DNA of 64,000 nucleotides. Source: the human T2T-CHM13v2.0 reference genome, Homo sapiens. Both the position numbers and the translations under genes were made by a program. Shown piece by piece: positions 1 through 14,249 of this stretch; position 1 is the first letter of the stretch; each line of letters opens with the position of its first letter. Under the pieces are notes generated by a model, which was not told the DNA's origin, made no database searches, and worked only from the letters and a program-made list of their open reading frames with translations. Location: NCBI RefSeq assembly GCF_009914755.1, contig NC_060929.1. One strand, given 5' to 3'.

Positions 1-188
1 GCAGGGGAACTCTCCTTTAGAAAACCATCAGATCTTGTGAGACTTACTCACTATCAAAAGAACAGCATGGGAAAGACCTGTCCCCATGATTCAATTACCT
101 CCTACCAAGTCCCTCTCATGACACATGGGAATTATGCGAGCTGCAATTCAAGATGAGATTTGGGTGGGGACACAGCCACGGCATATCA
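1..188 (-). mobile_element. THE1-family MaLR LTR (partial, cut by window edge)
   Basis: Reverse complement starts TGATATG...GGCTGTGTCCCCACCCAAATCTCATCTTGAATTG, the THE1 LTR start. Confidence 0.85.
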
Positions 189-1344
189 CAAGCAAACGAC
201 TTCTGGCTACTTACAGTTCAGATTGCTAAGAAAAAGAAGATGTGTAGTCCTTATGCAGTTTTTACACTGATAACTAACTGCTCTTGATTTACAGGCCAAA
301 TCTAATGTAATCACATTTAACCACAGCGATGGCAGCCTTGTAACAATGTCATGTCAACTTACACAAAAGGAAATTCTGAGGCTAGGTGTAATGTACACGT
401 ACTTTTCAGAATACTCAATTCTGTTACGAAACGTGAATAGGTCTACAGTTTGTAAAATATAAAAATTTTTCATGTTTTAAGTATTTAAAAACTAGCTTAT
501 AAGCAAAGACCTTGTTAGACATAGGTAGAAATCATAGGCGGTATTAAATATAAGGGATTAGAATATAAATGTTGAACACAGAAAATAATGGACAGATCAG
601 AAGATACATAATATTCATAAGGTCCTTGTGTACAAAAGATTTAGGATATACTAAATATTGAGAATGTAGTAAATATGCATGAAGCATATGAAACACTCAA
701 TATTCTTGAGTAATTAGTTGGTCACCGATTGGAGACCCCCTCATTCTGGCCTCATATCACCCCTGCCCAAGAAATTCAAATGAAACTCAAAACTGTTCAG
801 CAGGCTATTGACAAGCTACAGATCTGACAGGTACTGTCCCTGTGTTTCTCTCATAAGAGAAAGTTTATGTCATTGGCCTGGGCCACCTTCCATTTGTGGG
901 CCCTCTTTCTCACATCTAAACTTACCAGTAACCACACCATCAGGGCGGAAGGTAGAAGAGAGAAAGGCAGGACATACGAACATAACATACCCCAAGATTC
1001 AGGAAATGTGGTCCTCTCACCCCACGTATGCTATCCTATATGTATTAACTACCTCTGTCTCTTTGCTCTTTCTTCCTGTTAGTGTTCTAAATATGATTCG
1101 AGAACATTCGTTTGTGAGCCTTTCTGTTCTGTGACCTCTGAGTTCACTTTCCTGGTACTTTACTTGGAGGTTACCATTGCATTAAGGTAATTTCCCACAT
1201 GACATTTGATTTTCCCAAGACTCATAAATAAGACATCTTTATTTTAGGTTTGTTGCTTAATATCACCCAAGTGGAGTATAAAAAGGATATAAAACAATAG
1301 TATACTAGAAACCAGAGGGAGAGCCTTGGAAAGAAGGGAATTTT

Positions 1345-1378
1345 ATTGCTCCTTGGCCTTTTGGCTAAGATCAAGTAT
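1345..1378 (+). pseudogene. 3'-truncated U2 snRNA retropseudogene (first ~34 nt of U2)
   Basis: attgctccttggccttttggctaagatcaagtat vs U2 5' end ATCGCTTCTCGGCCTTTTGGCTAAGATCAAGTGT; flanked by direct repeats aagaagggaa(t/c)tt at 1331 and 1379. Confidence 0.9.
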
Positions 1379-1681
1379 AAGAAGGGAACTTAACGTTCAC
1401 CTCTTTGTATTCTTTTTAGTATGAAGTAAAAAAAATACCCTCATAGGGTTCTATGTTTAATAGCTAGTTGTATTTATGTTTTATATTTTGTTACTAAGAA
1501 TAATATAGCTTCTAATCAGGATCTTTCCATTATTGATTTAATGCAAATCCATCAGTATTTGCATTCTACAAAATATTATACCTCAGCTATATTATTACTC
1601 TAGTCAAATTTGCCTGAGAAACCCAATTGCTTTCACCATCCCAACATAGTAAAAATTGATATGATTGAAATTCATTTTGTC

Positions 1682-1929
1682 TTTTTTTTTTTTTTTGAGA
1701 TTGGTTCTCACTCCATCGCACAGACTAGAGTGCAGAGGCGTGATCACAGTCCATTCAGCCTCAACTTCTTGGGCTCGGGTGATTCTTTCATTTCAGCCTC
1801 CCATGTAGCTGGGACTACAAGCACTCAGCACTATACTCAGCTAATTTTCAAATTTTTTGTTGAGACTCAGGCTGGTCTCCAACTACTGGGCTCAAGCAGT
1901 CTGCTCACCTTAGCTCCTAAACTGCTGGA
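1682..1929 (-). mobile_element. Alu (old, AluJ-like, 5'-truncated)
   Basis: Poly-T followed by antisense Alu; gaaattcatttt duplicated on both sides. Confidence 0.88.
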
Positions 1930-2276
1930 AGAAATTCATTTTATATCTTTGTAATTTTCATTGGTAACATTTGGAAGAAACAATAGTCCTTGTTCTATCA
2001 ATGGTATCAGACTGTATCCATAAAACATTTATGTAATAACTCATTGTTCAAGTAGAAAGGGATTTAATGTACATCTAGCTCAATATTTCCATGGTAAATA
2101 GGAGTAAACCCCTGTCCATAGAACTGTCACTCTGAAGGCCCTACAGGGAGTTTAAAAAGAACATGGATTAGCAGAATATCTCCTGACTTTGTTTTAATTA
2201 TTCTAGTGTAACCTGCAGTTGGAATTGTAGAGTTGGAATTTATATTTGAATTACTTCCTATACTTTCTTTATACTC

Positions 2277-2750
2277 TGTATTAGTTTTCTATTGATGCCA
2301 TAAAAAATTACCACAATTGTAGTGGCTTGTAACAATACATTTATTATTTTAGAGTTCTATAGGTTAAAAGTCCAACATAATTCTCATGGAGCCAAAATCA
2401 AGGTTTCATCAGAGCTCTGTTCCTTTCTGGAGGTTCAAAGGGAGATTTTATTTCCTTGTCTTTTCCAGTGTTAAGGCACCACCTTCTACCACTTTCAAAG
2501 CCAGCAATCTTATATCTCTCTGACCCTTATTTTTTTCATTGTCACATCTTCCTAATTGGGGAAAGGGTCTCCCCTTTTATAAAACCAAGTCTTCACTTTG
2601 GGTCTACCCTGCTAATCTAAGATAATCTGCCCAGTTCAAGGTTCTTAATATAGTGGTATTTATAAAGTCCCTTTTCTGAGAGGTAGCATTTATATAGGTT
2701 CCAGGGTTAAAATATAGACATCATTGGGTACTGTTAAATTCCTCCTACCA
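2277..2750 (-). mobile_element. MLT1-family MaLR LTR
   Basis: tgtattagttttctattgatgccataa...ttaccaca...tccttt ctggagg pattern of antisense MLT1 LTRs. Confidence 0.75.
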
Positions 2751-4769
2751 TATACTCCATCCTTAAAATGATCCAATACTTTTTTCATTGAGGTTTTATA
2801 ATCATGTTTCTTTAATGGCCTTTTTTTTTTTTTAAAAAAAGGTCAAGATATGAATATCATCGTATTGGAAGAAAAAATACTGAAAAACTTCTTTGGTAAA
2901 AATACAGTGATATACTAATGCAACTCTAATAGGCATTATAATTATTGTAAAACCATTGGTGAAACATATGAAGCTATGACAAACCCTCCTCTCCATTCAT
3001 TGGTAATGATATCACCATGAAACATGGCCATTAGTTAAGGTCCGTTGAATATGGCACGTCTTTCCCATAAACTGCAGGTAAGAGAAGGCTCCAATAACTT
3101 ACACAATTTAAATGGCTAGATTTCTACTTCTTAAGGACAGAATTCTGGAAGGTCAGGATAAAGCATGCATAGTTAGGACTAGATCAAAATCTCACCAAAA
3201 AGTGAAAGTGCCTATTGTAAAGCTATCAAACTTTGACTACTTTTCCTAATATTAAATAATTTGTTTAGTATTAATGATTTGTTAATACTAGGAAGAACAG
3301 TCAATCTAAAGTTGTATCTGATAGCCTCATAACTGCTGTGAAAAACAATGGTTTTATGTTGAATTTAAATATTTTGAGTTTATTTTTACTTTTTTGCTCT
3401 ATGGCAAGGCTATTCCTAATTTTCCTGCTTGATTAGTTACATAGTCCTTTCAATACTCATTTTAGAAATATCCTGTTGCATCTTGCACTTTCATTTGTAT
3501 TAAGAAAAATATAATGAATAGAGAGGAAATATAAGAACAAGAGGGCCCAGTTCAGACATATCTCTTCACTACTTGAGTGAAGTGAACTAAACTAGATACC
3601 ATTTACCTAATGTCTAAAACGAAGGAATAGAATTATCATCCCACTTCTTTCAACTTCAAAACACTATTGTACTAATTGATCTAATCTTTTTCAATCTCAA
3701 TGTGAAATGTGATTTTCCCCATTTCTAACTTGCAGCTAAGTTTTGTCTTTGATGGAAAAGTTGTTGTCTTTACTGCTAAAACTTTTGAACTGTATTAATG
3801 CAGTATCTTTTTTAGTTTAGTTTAAAACTAAACATATTACAAAACATATGGATATGTTCTCCTAATTATTAAACAGTAATACTTAATCTCCATTGAGCCA
3901 CTCTTCTAAACATACTACATGTCTTTTGTTAAAGCTTTACAACACCCAAATCAGCAATGGAGAAATGACATACTAGCAACCCATTTTTGCTATACCTCGG
4001 ATAGACATTAGAGCTTGCATGATTAAGACTGCTTATTGAACACAGCAGTCAGAACATTGCCTATAGAGAACATTGCAGAATGGGGAATCTGAGTAGCACT
4101 TGCCACTTTGTGTTATTAACTTCAACTGTCAATAGGTTACATGTCCTCCAGCTACAAGAAAGGCTAGCAAATGAGTTTTTTACTTCTACCTTGGGGGGGA
4201 CATAGACAAAAGAAAGAACATTTCTTAAATATATGTTTGGAGCTGGTGGGGAGCCAAAAACATGACAAATATGCACTACTGTGAGAAATAAAAATTACTG
4301 AATCCTTAGTCCCTGTATTAAATGGAGAGGCTGATTCATTTAAACATTAGGTCATGCATGCATGTTAAAATTACAAAGATTAAAAAATAGAACCAGAATG
4401 AGAAACTTCCCACCAATAAGAGGGGTTACTAAAATATTTAGTCAATATAGTTTGAAAGAAGGAAAAGAAGAAAAAATTTGATGACTGAAATTTCAAAATA
4501 AGACAGTAAAAATAAGTCAAAATTTATCAATAATTATTGGTTAAAAGATAGACACACTGAACTTGTAGATAATAATTTTTAAATTCAGCTATATGCTACT
4601 TCTAAATCAAAAGATTGAAATTAAGGGGATTTAAAAATATATATTTTATATGTATGTGTATATATATATAATATATAGAAATAAAAAATATATATAAAAG
4701 AAAACAATATATACCTCAAGGCAGAAATTGAATATAGCTGTATTATTATTTTTTTAAAAAAGGAGACTT

Positions 4770-6005
<1,236 letters not shown>

Positions 6006-6019
6006 TGTTCTTTTCTATT

Positions 6020-8520
6020 TCAATTAGAAAGATCATAAACACTTTGTGTTCACATGAAATAAACAATATGGACTTAGAGTTTTACCCCAGAACTGTATTA
6101 TCCCTCCAGCCCCCTGTCAGAATACATCACAAAGAAGTCTCAATTTTTCTGGACATCCTCCACAACATCACATTGATCTATTACAGTGATAATTCATGTT
6201 GATCAGGTCAGACGAGCAAAAAGTTACCAGTATTCCTGAATCTTTTGTAAGTCATGTGAGCTCCAGAGAGCAGAACATAAACTCTATGCCTAACAAACTT
6301 GCAAAATTGTAGGGGTTCATTGATCAGGAGCATACTAGGACATCTTTTAAACATGTTAAAAAGATAAATTGACTCTTGCAGGTTCTACCACAAAGAAGGA
6401 AGCATAACACCTGGTGGGCCCCTTGGAGCTTTAGAGGCTGCAAATAGCACACCTGGAGGTAAAGCTCCAGCTCATATGCCAGGTGATGCAAATGGCTGCT
6501 TAATTTGAATGAGGCTCAGAGAAGGAAAGGCTTCTACAGCAGGTTCAAGCTTAGGCCATATGACCCAGCAGACCCTATAGTGTTGGAGGTATCCATGGTG
6601 CAAAAAGAAGCTATGTATAGTTTGTGGCAAAGCCCCTTGGGAGAACACTAGTGAAGACCTGTGAGGCTGTAGGCATGGACGTGCCATCTGCAATGAGAAT
6701 TATACATGTATTTTCAGAAACAACCACTGGTATATAAGTCCTTCCTGGTAGAGATGGAGGACCTGACTATAGGACATTAAGTAAATAATAGCCCACAGCC
6801 ATAGTAGCTCATCATGAGCTGGATCTTGTCAGACCCACCCACTTATAAGTTGGGCAGTTGCAGCAAAATTCATCATAACTCTGAAGTGCAACATCTGGGA
6901 ACAAGCTTGAGCAATATGAAGCCAAAGCAATCTGTTCTAACCAGTGTTCTCCAGAGAGACAGAACCGATAGGATACAGTGAGAGATCTATGAAAAGGATC
7001 TTATTAGGGGAATTGACTTACACAATTACAGAGGCTGAGAAATCCCACAATAGGCCATCTGGAAGCTGAAGAACCAAGAAAGCCGGTAGTGTGGTTCAGA
7101 CCAAGTCCGAAGGCCTGGGAATCAGGGAAGCTGGTGGTAACATTCTCAGTCCAAGGCTGAAGGCTGGAGAGCCTAGGAACTGCTGGTATGAGTCCTAGAG
7201 TACAAAGGTGGAAGACCTAGAGCTCTGACATCCACGGACAGACAAGCACTGCCAAGCTCTAGGAGAGAGTGTGCGAGAAATTCTCACCCTTCCTCTCTCT
7301 CCAATCCATCTGGTCCCCCAGCCAATTGGATGGTGCCTGCCCACATTGAGGGCGGATCTTCCTCACTCAATCCACTGACACGCACCAATCTCCTCTGGAA
7401 ACACCTTCACAGACACACCTGGGGCAGTCTAATCATTCTAATCAAAAGTAAAACTACCTGGGTTTCCCTTTCAGCAGAAGCAGAATGGGCTCAGTGCCTA
7501 TTGAAACATTGAAAACAAACAATTCAACCTATTCATTTTAACTTCAACCTAGTCAAGTTAACACCACAAATCCTACAAGCTTATGAAAAGTAGCCCCAAT
7601 TCCCCTGGCACCCACCACTGTTGTACCAGCAGCTTTCCCTCAGATCACGCCTAAGGTTGTTTGGGGGCTGACTTAGTGTATGGGTGCATAATGGATGGTA
7701 GCTGAATTACAGCCTAATGCAGGGGTGCCCTGAGACAGTGGGGACAATAGGTAGGAAAAACTTTGTTAATTAACAAAGCTTCAAATTATATGTCTGGTCA
7801 TCTACACTGTGTAAAAAGAAAAAAAGGCCTGAAGACTCACTGGCAGTGGAAAATGCTTTGGATGTTTGACACGGAAAAAAAGGAAAGGAAAAGATTGGAA
7901 AGAAAGCTACAGGAGGTATGAGATAGAGGCATATGGATGGACATATGGAAGCAGCACAGTGTGAATATTGTTACATCATATGTTAACACCCATGACAGAA
8001 CATCCCCCATAAAAGAGGCATGAATTTAAAAGGATCCAGCTGGTGGTGTCAGCCAGCCCATATCATTGGTCACTCCAGTGCTGGCACAATGGGCATATGC
8101 ACAAAGTGGCCTGAAAGGCAGATGTGGAGACCATCTCTGTGCCCAACAGCATGTGCTCCTACTAGATGACCTACCTAAGGCCAATGTCAAATGTCCAAAC
8201 AGATAATAATGAAGACCAACATTGAATCCCCATTTTGGCACCATTCCTTGAGGAGCCCACTGACCAGGTGGTGGCTTATTGACCAAATTTGGAAAGGCTA
8301 GCAGTTAGTTATCAAAAGAATAGACATTCAGAGTTTGGGTTTGTCTTTCCTGTATACAGGGTCTCAGCTAGCGTCACTGTTTGAAGATATACAGAGTGAT
8401 CAATCTACTGGCAGAGGATCTCACCAAATACTGCAAAAGACCAAATGACCAACTTAAGAGCAAAAAAGCCTTTGCTTACCTGGCGCATACACAACCAGAT
8501 GCTATATAATGTAATAAGAA
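6020..8520 (+). mobile_element. Degenerate ERVL-class internal pol (RT, RNase H, integrase), interrupted by an MLT2 LTR
   Basis: Decayed motifs: LDILHNITLIYYSD (cf. ERVL RT ...ITLVHYIDD), TTKKEA-HLVG, DSLAVENAL (cf. DSWAVANGL), LAQWAYAQSG and WAQQH-like integrase N-terminal motifs; many stops and frameshifts. Confidence 0.8.
6933..7568 (-). mobile_element. MLT2B-like ERVL LTR nested in the pol remnant
   Basis: ttctccagagagacagaacc...gaggctgagaaatcccacaataggccatctg...cctagtcaagttaacac, typical antisense MLT2. Confidence 0.82.
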
Positions 8521-8524
8521 GATG

Positions 8525-9620
8525 CAGTGAAAATGTTCTAACAAATTGCCAAAGACCAAACATGGCTGGCATCAGAATGTGTAGCTTCTGGGAGCTGCAG
8601 CTTGTCCTCCCTGAATCCCAGCACGTGTTCAAGGTGAAGATTAAGGGAAATCCTGAGAAAGCTTCCCTAGCAAAGTCACCTGGGGGAGAGGAACAATTGC
8701 CCCTCTTAGAAATTCCAAACAGACCCATCTCACCAATCTTCCTTAAAGAAAAAAGCCATAATCTTCAGGGGAAACAGAAAGAACAATTGTCACCTTAAGG
8801 CACTAGAAACCCCTTGCAACTAGGAAAAGGGAATTTAAAAAATAAAATTAAAAGCTCTACGTGGAGGCGGGGCAGGAATACTTGCTAGTCCCAGTACTAC
8901 AGCTAGAAGAGGGATGAGAATGATTGCAAAGGCCACACTCCACAAGCTCATAGAGACTGCCAAGACTAAGGTTTAACGAGTACATTAGAGAATACCCTTC
9001 CTTCCCAGCTTCCCACCACCTAGGTAACAAACATTGAGTGAAAATCACAGTGGAACACAACTGAGAGAGTGGCAAGAGACAGATTCTCATCAGGAAGCAG
9101 ACATTGAGAAGCACTCTCCAATAAATTAGCCCACACCTAAACATGTGGTATCACTAAAGGCATACAAAGCCTTTAAGCACTGAGCATGACCATAGCAACA
9201 TCAAAGTTCAACCCAAACCCAACTTTTGACTAGATCACTACAAACTTTCACACTAAAGCTGTAGAGGAAGGAAAAGTATGCTCACCTCCAAGCATAAAAT
9301 ACACTTGCCTCAAAATCTGCTCTGCTATAGAACATGTCTGGCTTCCGACCAAAATTACAAGGCATTTGACAAGTTGAGAATAAACACAGCCTGAAGATAC
9401 AAAGTAATTATCAGAACAAGACTCAGATGTAACCCAGATGCTATAACCAACAGGGAATTTAGAATAACTATAATTAATATGTTAAAGGTCCTAATAGAAA
9501 AGTTATACAATATGTAAGAAAACACGGGTAATTTTAGCAGAGAGATGCAAACTATGGGGAAAGAATCAAATCAAATGTAAATACTAGAAATAAAAAACAC
9601 AGTAACAGAGATGAAGTGTT
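8525..9620 (+). mobile_element. Old L1M 5'UTR / ORF1-start fragment
   Basis: tgtctggcttc..caaaattacaaggcat...cagggaatttagaataactataattaatatgttaaagg, typical of the L1M ORF1 5' region. Confidence 0.65.
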
Positions 9621-11679
9621 CTATGAACTTCAATTTTCAGATCTCTAAAAATGAAATTTAGTTATTTAGCACTTCATACTTCTACCAATATGAAAGTTCA
9701 GACTGATTTGACCTATCAAGTGTTTTTAACTTACTAGTATCTCGTTTGGATTGCTTGAGTAATAAAATTAATAAAAACAAGAAAATCCACCATAAAGTTA
9801 TTTTACTGACTCAGTTGTGTTTAAGACATGTGTATGTGTTTGTGTGTGTAATATGAAAATGTACCTTTTAACTTCATTAAATTTAATCAAAATAGCTGAA
9901 TTAATTTCTTCATATAGCCCAATTTTGAGTAGACATGTTGGGGTGCAAAGACGGGAAAGGCCTTTGTGTCTGAAACTAAGAATGTTACTTATTCTATAAA
10001 TTTCTGCATATCACGGAAGTATGCAACCTTTCAGGCAGCAATAATTTTCTATTACAGCCGAAGGTAAACTTCCTGGAGAATTCTGTTAAATTAAGTTGTT
10101 CTGTGAGAACACAATACTCTACGTGATATAAAACAGCCTCCAGAAATTTACTAAATCGCTTTCTCATTAAGCTGTATTTTGGAAAGTATAAATGATCAGT
10201 TTAAGCATTTCTACTCAGCAGAGTGCACATAAGACAAGATCAAGAAAAACTTGGATGACAATTCAATTAATGTTCTGTGGAATAGTGCTGTTAAAATACA
10301 ATAATCATGCAAGTTTTGCCCACAGGTACTGCTGTTAATAATACTCTTTGTAATTTGTTAAGTGCTGACAGTGAGCAGGCACAGCCCCTGCCCTGGGACG
10401 CTATAATATAGAACTTAGACAGCCAAGGAAAGTTGAATAAACTATACCAGTTAATGTTAGGCTTTGGGGCTTAGGTCCGTCTATAAATTTGTCTTTCTTT
10501 TCTCTTCATTTCCTCCCCTTTATTCTTGTAAAACATCTTATATAAAATAAATACCCTACTGTATATTTTTTTCAGGTTTCTCATAGCTAGTTTACATTAA
10601 ATAATTCATGAGCTAATTTATAACATGTAAAGTCCTTTACAATTGTTTAAGGCGGTATCGCTCAAACTCCGTGACAACTTTTTGCAGAAAGAATTTGACA
10701 TTAAATTCATAAACATTGGTAAATAATGAAATATACTAATTACTAAAATTATCCTATCTCATTGTCAGTAAAGGGGTTCTATTTTATAATAGTTGGAAAA
10801 CAAAAAAGAAGAAAAGAAGGAAATAAGACCCGTTAACAACACTATTTGTTCACAGTCGTTGATATCTTTGTTTCACCTAACAAGTTTTCTGTATTGTATT
10901 TGAAGTGGATTTTGTTCTAAAGTGAGTTTGCCTTAAGACGTTATTTTTAAAGTCTTTGTTTGAAGTAATCTCAAACATACACATGTATATTTATAATTTT
11001 AAACAAATCTTTTATTTAAGCACATAAATATAGAGTAGAATTAGACATTGAACATTTGGAAATCATGAGTTTGATGTTAATTACTGTTTAGATAAACAGA
11101 AATACATTGTTACCTTCATAGAAGAGAACTATACCATCACAAAGCCATTTAAACAAAAACCAAGATCTAGCACATATAAGTATGCTTCTAGGATGAAAAT
11201 CCAGCTTATAATCTATCTTCAATTTTTATGAGCTTATTTATCCTGAGATAACATTTGAAAGGCTTTCCAGAAATAGGAAAGCACACGTTTCTGGTTCTAA
11301 TTTAAATAGTCATATGTGACCTTAATGTAGTAAGAGGTATTCCAGCCAGGGTAGTTTCTTCTATGGATCAAGTATATTTTTGTTAAATTGTAAAAATTTA
11401 AAACAAATGTCTCCCAAGCTGAAAAAAAATCCTCAAGGGCATCATCAGTCATAGGTTTAAAACACATGCCCAAATAATTAACAGCCAAATCATAGTAGAA
11501 AAAAATAAGAGCTTTTCCTGAACAATTTGTGGTATTATTTAAAGTCTTCTCTTACAAGGAAATTGTTCTAGAATGACTGAGTTTCTCTTTGCACTTTCAC
11601 TCAATAAACATTAATGAGTCGATTATGTAAAAGTAAAGAAAAACAGAGATGCATTGAGCACTTTTGTGATTTTATCCTT

Positions 11680-12660
11680 TAAAAATTCTTTAGATTTTTT
11701 TAAGTTATAGAGAATTAAATGACACGATAGAAAATATTATTTAAAAAGCTTTCCTCTCCCTCAAGCTCCCTTTGATGCCCAACATACATTCCCATCTTTT
11801 CAGGTGTTTCAACAGTTTGTTGTCTATTCCCCAATTCCTTTCTACATACTCATACAAGCATATACACACACATCTCAAAGGAAATACTATGTGTACTGCA
11901 TTGTGAATTCATTAAAATATTGTGATATAATTTATACTCCTTTCCATATCAGTAGAAAATGTCCATTATTAAAAAGTAATCGAGAATTTTTCATAATAAG
12001 GTGAGCCATAAATTATTCATTCACCTACTGACAAATATTGTGGTTTTCCTCTAGTTTCATGCCACTATGAACAATGAGCAATAAACATCCTTGTACAATA
12101 TCCCTATGTGCCCTGACTTATGTATCTCTAAGATGGGTTTCTTCAGGTAATACTTCTGAATCAGCAGCATGTGTCATTTAATTTTTTTAAAGATGGCCAG
12201 TTCCGTTTCCCAAGGGGGTTCAGCACGCACTTGCAGAAGCAAGGTATGACTACTCCCACCTCTCACATCCTCATTTCCACTGACTCCTGTATTCATTTTA
12301 TTTCAATGGGTGAAAAAAAAATCAAATCAAGATGTTTTGGCTATAATCCATATTATTCTCCATGGTGAAGTTGGGAAACTTTTCATGTGATTATTTCATG
12401 TATGCATTTCCTGTTCCCTCAATGGCTTATTCTATCCTTTACCCACTTTCCTTTTTGACTACTGCTCTTTCAAAACTAATTTATAAGAGCTCTTTTTACA
12501 TTAAAGATATTAATACTTTGTTTTATGTGTTTTTCTTACTTTTCAAGTGTGATATGTTATAATACACACATTTTTAAAATGAAGTATATTTTTTAATGAC
12601 TTTTAGTTTTTCTATATTATTTCAGAAGGCTTTCCCAACCAAAGATTATTCAAATATTCC
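11680..12660 (-). mobile_element. L1ME-like 3' fragment (degenerate)
   Basis: gccactatgaacaatg..caataaacatccttgtac and ttataagagctctttttacattaa antisense L1 motifs. Confidence 0.6.
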
Positions 12661-13751
12661 CTGATAATGTAACATTTGTGTCACTTGCATATTAGGGAAT
12701 CCACCATAATAGAGACTGTGTAAACTTTAGTAAGGAAAGCTGACATTTGAGAGTTTACGAATAGCTTCCATACATTGTCACCCATGATATTTGCTCGCAC
12801 TCTCATTGATCAAAGACAAATAAGTGAAGAAAGAGGCTGGCAGATGTCCTCAAAGAGTACTGTCCTCTGTAACCTAAGAATGAGCACCTCTTTAACAGAG
12901 GGAAGTTAGAATGAATGGAAGTTAGAGATTATTTAGTCCACTTATTGAGTGGACTTTTAAGGAGTATGCATATGGGGCACAAATGTCTTCTACTCTAGGG
13001 CCACTTCAAAGTTCAGGTGCATAATGCTTATGTGGGTTTCTTTCTCAGCATCCTTTGATTGGGTTCCTTCTTAATTTCTTACAACCTTGGGAAACCATAA
13101 ACCGCTGTTCATTAATCAGTATAGAAACTTATTTCATACCAACCCTCTTTCCAGCCAGGTGGACAAAAAAGGTGTAGATTTGATATTCCGTGGGGGATCT
13201 TCAGGACTATCCTGGACACGGCTGTAGCATTGCAACAACGCACTAGTGGTTTGTTGAAGACAGCAAATTTCAGAGAAATCCATAAACAGAATTGTTTCTA
13301 TTGCTGTAGATTTTTAGAGTTTAAGAGAAAAAATTCCCAAATCCATAGCTGCGTATTAATTATTGGAGGCTATACTTGTTTGCCCAAGTAAAAAAAAAAA
13401 TCACATCTAGAATAGCAATTAACTTTGATTACATTTACAACATTCCATTATTATTCTCCAGGGCCATCTGTCATCTGCACAGGTGAGTTAAGTAGGAATG
13501 TGGAAAAAAAAAGGCAACACTCTTGCATCTTTGAAGCCTTTTACAGAGGCACTAATCACTGCGGTTTCCTCAGTAATTCAGGGTTGCTTTGATTTATTAT
13601 TTTGGTTTGGAGAAGGAGTTCTAATGGTTTACATTTGGTGTCTGATCACAATAGTTCTTACCTTATATGTCAGGAAAACTCCTGATCTTCCAATTCCATA
13701 GTATTTCTATTCATAGTACGCATTCAGCAACTGGAGAAAAAACATAGCATT

Positions 13752-14100
13752 GTGACAGAGATTGCAACATTTTTACCAAAATACATTTCCCGTTTCTCCT
13801 TGAGAACATGTTAGTTTATATTTCCTACCCTCCCATGTAATCAGATTTTGCCAAAAGAATGTGAGCCGCCATTATGTGTGCCACTTTAAGGTATTTTGAA
13901 AACAGGTCTACTTCCTTTTGTGCCTTCCCCTTCCACAGGCTGGGTGCAGACAACAAGATTATAGGAGATGAGTAAACCCTAAGAAGAAAGGAGCTTGGTT
14001 CCTAAAGCATAAGGAACATTGCCTGGTTTGTTACAAAATTGTGAAATAAATTTCTATGATGTTTGAACCACTTTATATTGTTTGTTACCATTGCCTAATG
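13752..14100 (+). mobile_element. MLT1J/K-like MaLR LTR
   Basis: tgtgacagaga start; atttcctaccctccc; gaaataaatttctatgatgtttgaaccact 3' motif. Confidence 0.55.
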
Positions 14101-14249
14101 AATGCAGAAAATATATTTTTGTTGTGTTTCAGCTATATTGAGGATTATATTTGTTACTATCATGAATACAGTATAGATTCAGGATTTCATTAGGCCTATC
14201 ATATCAGACTCAGATCAAAATACATTTTTGACTTTCAGAAGTCCCCACC

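Noticed and set aside
730-1176. GC-richer block and 108-aa ORF, possibly an old LTR
   Set aside because: LTR-like composition, but I could not assign a family; the ORF has a non-ATG start and no homology.
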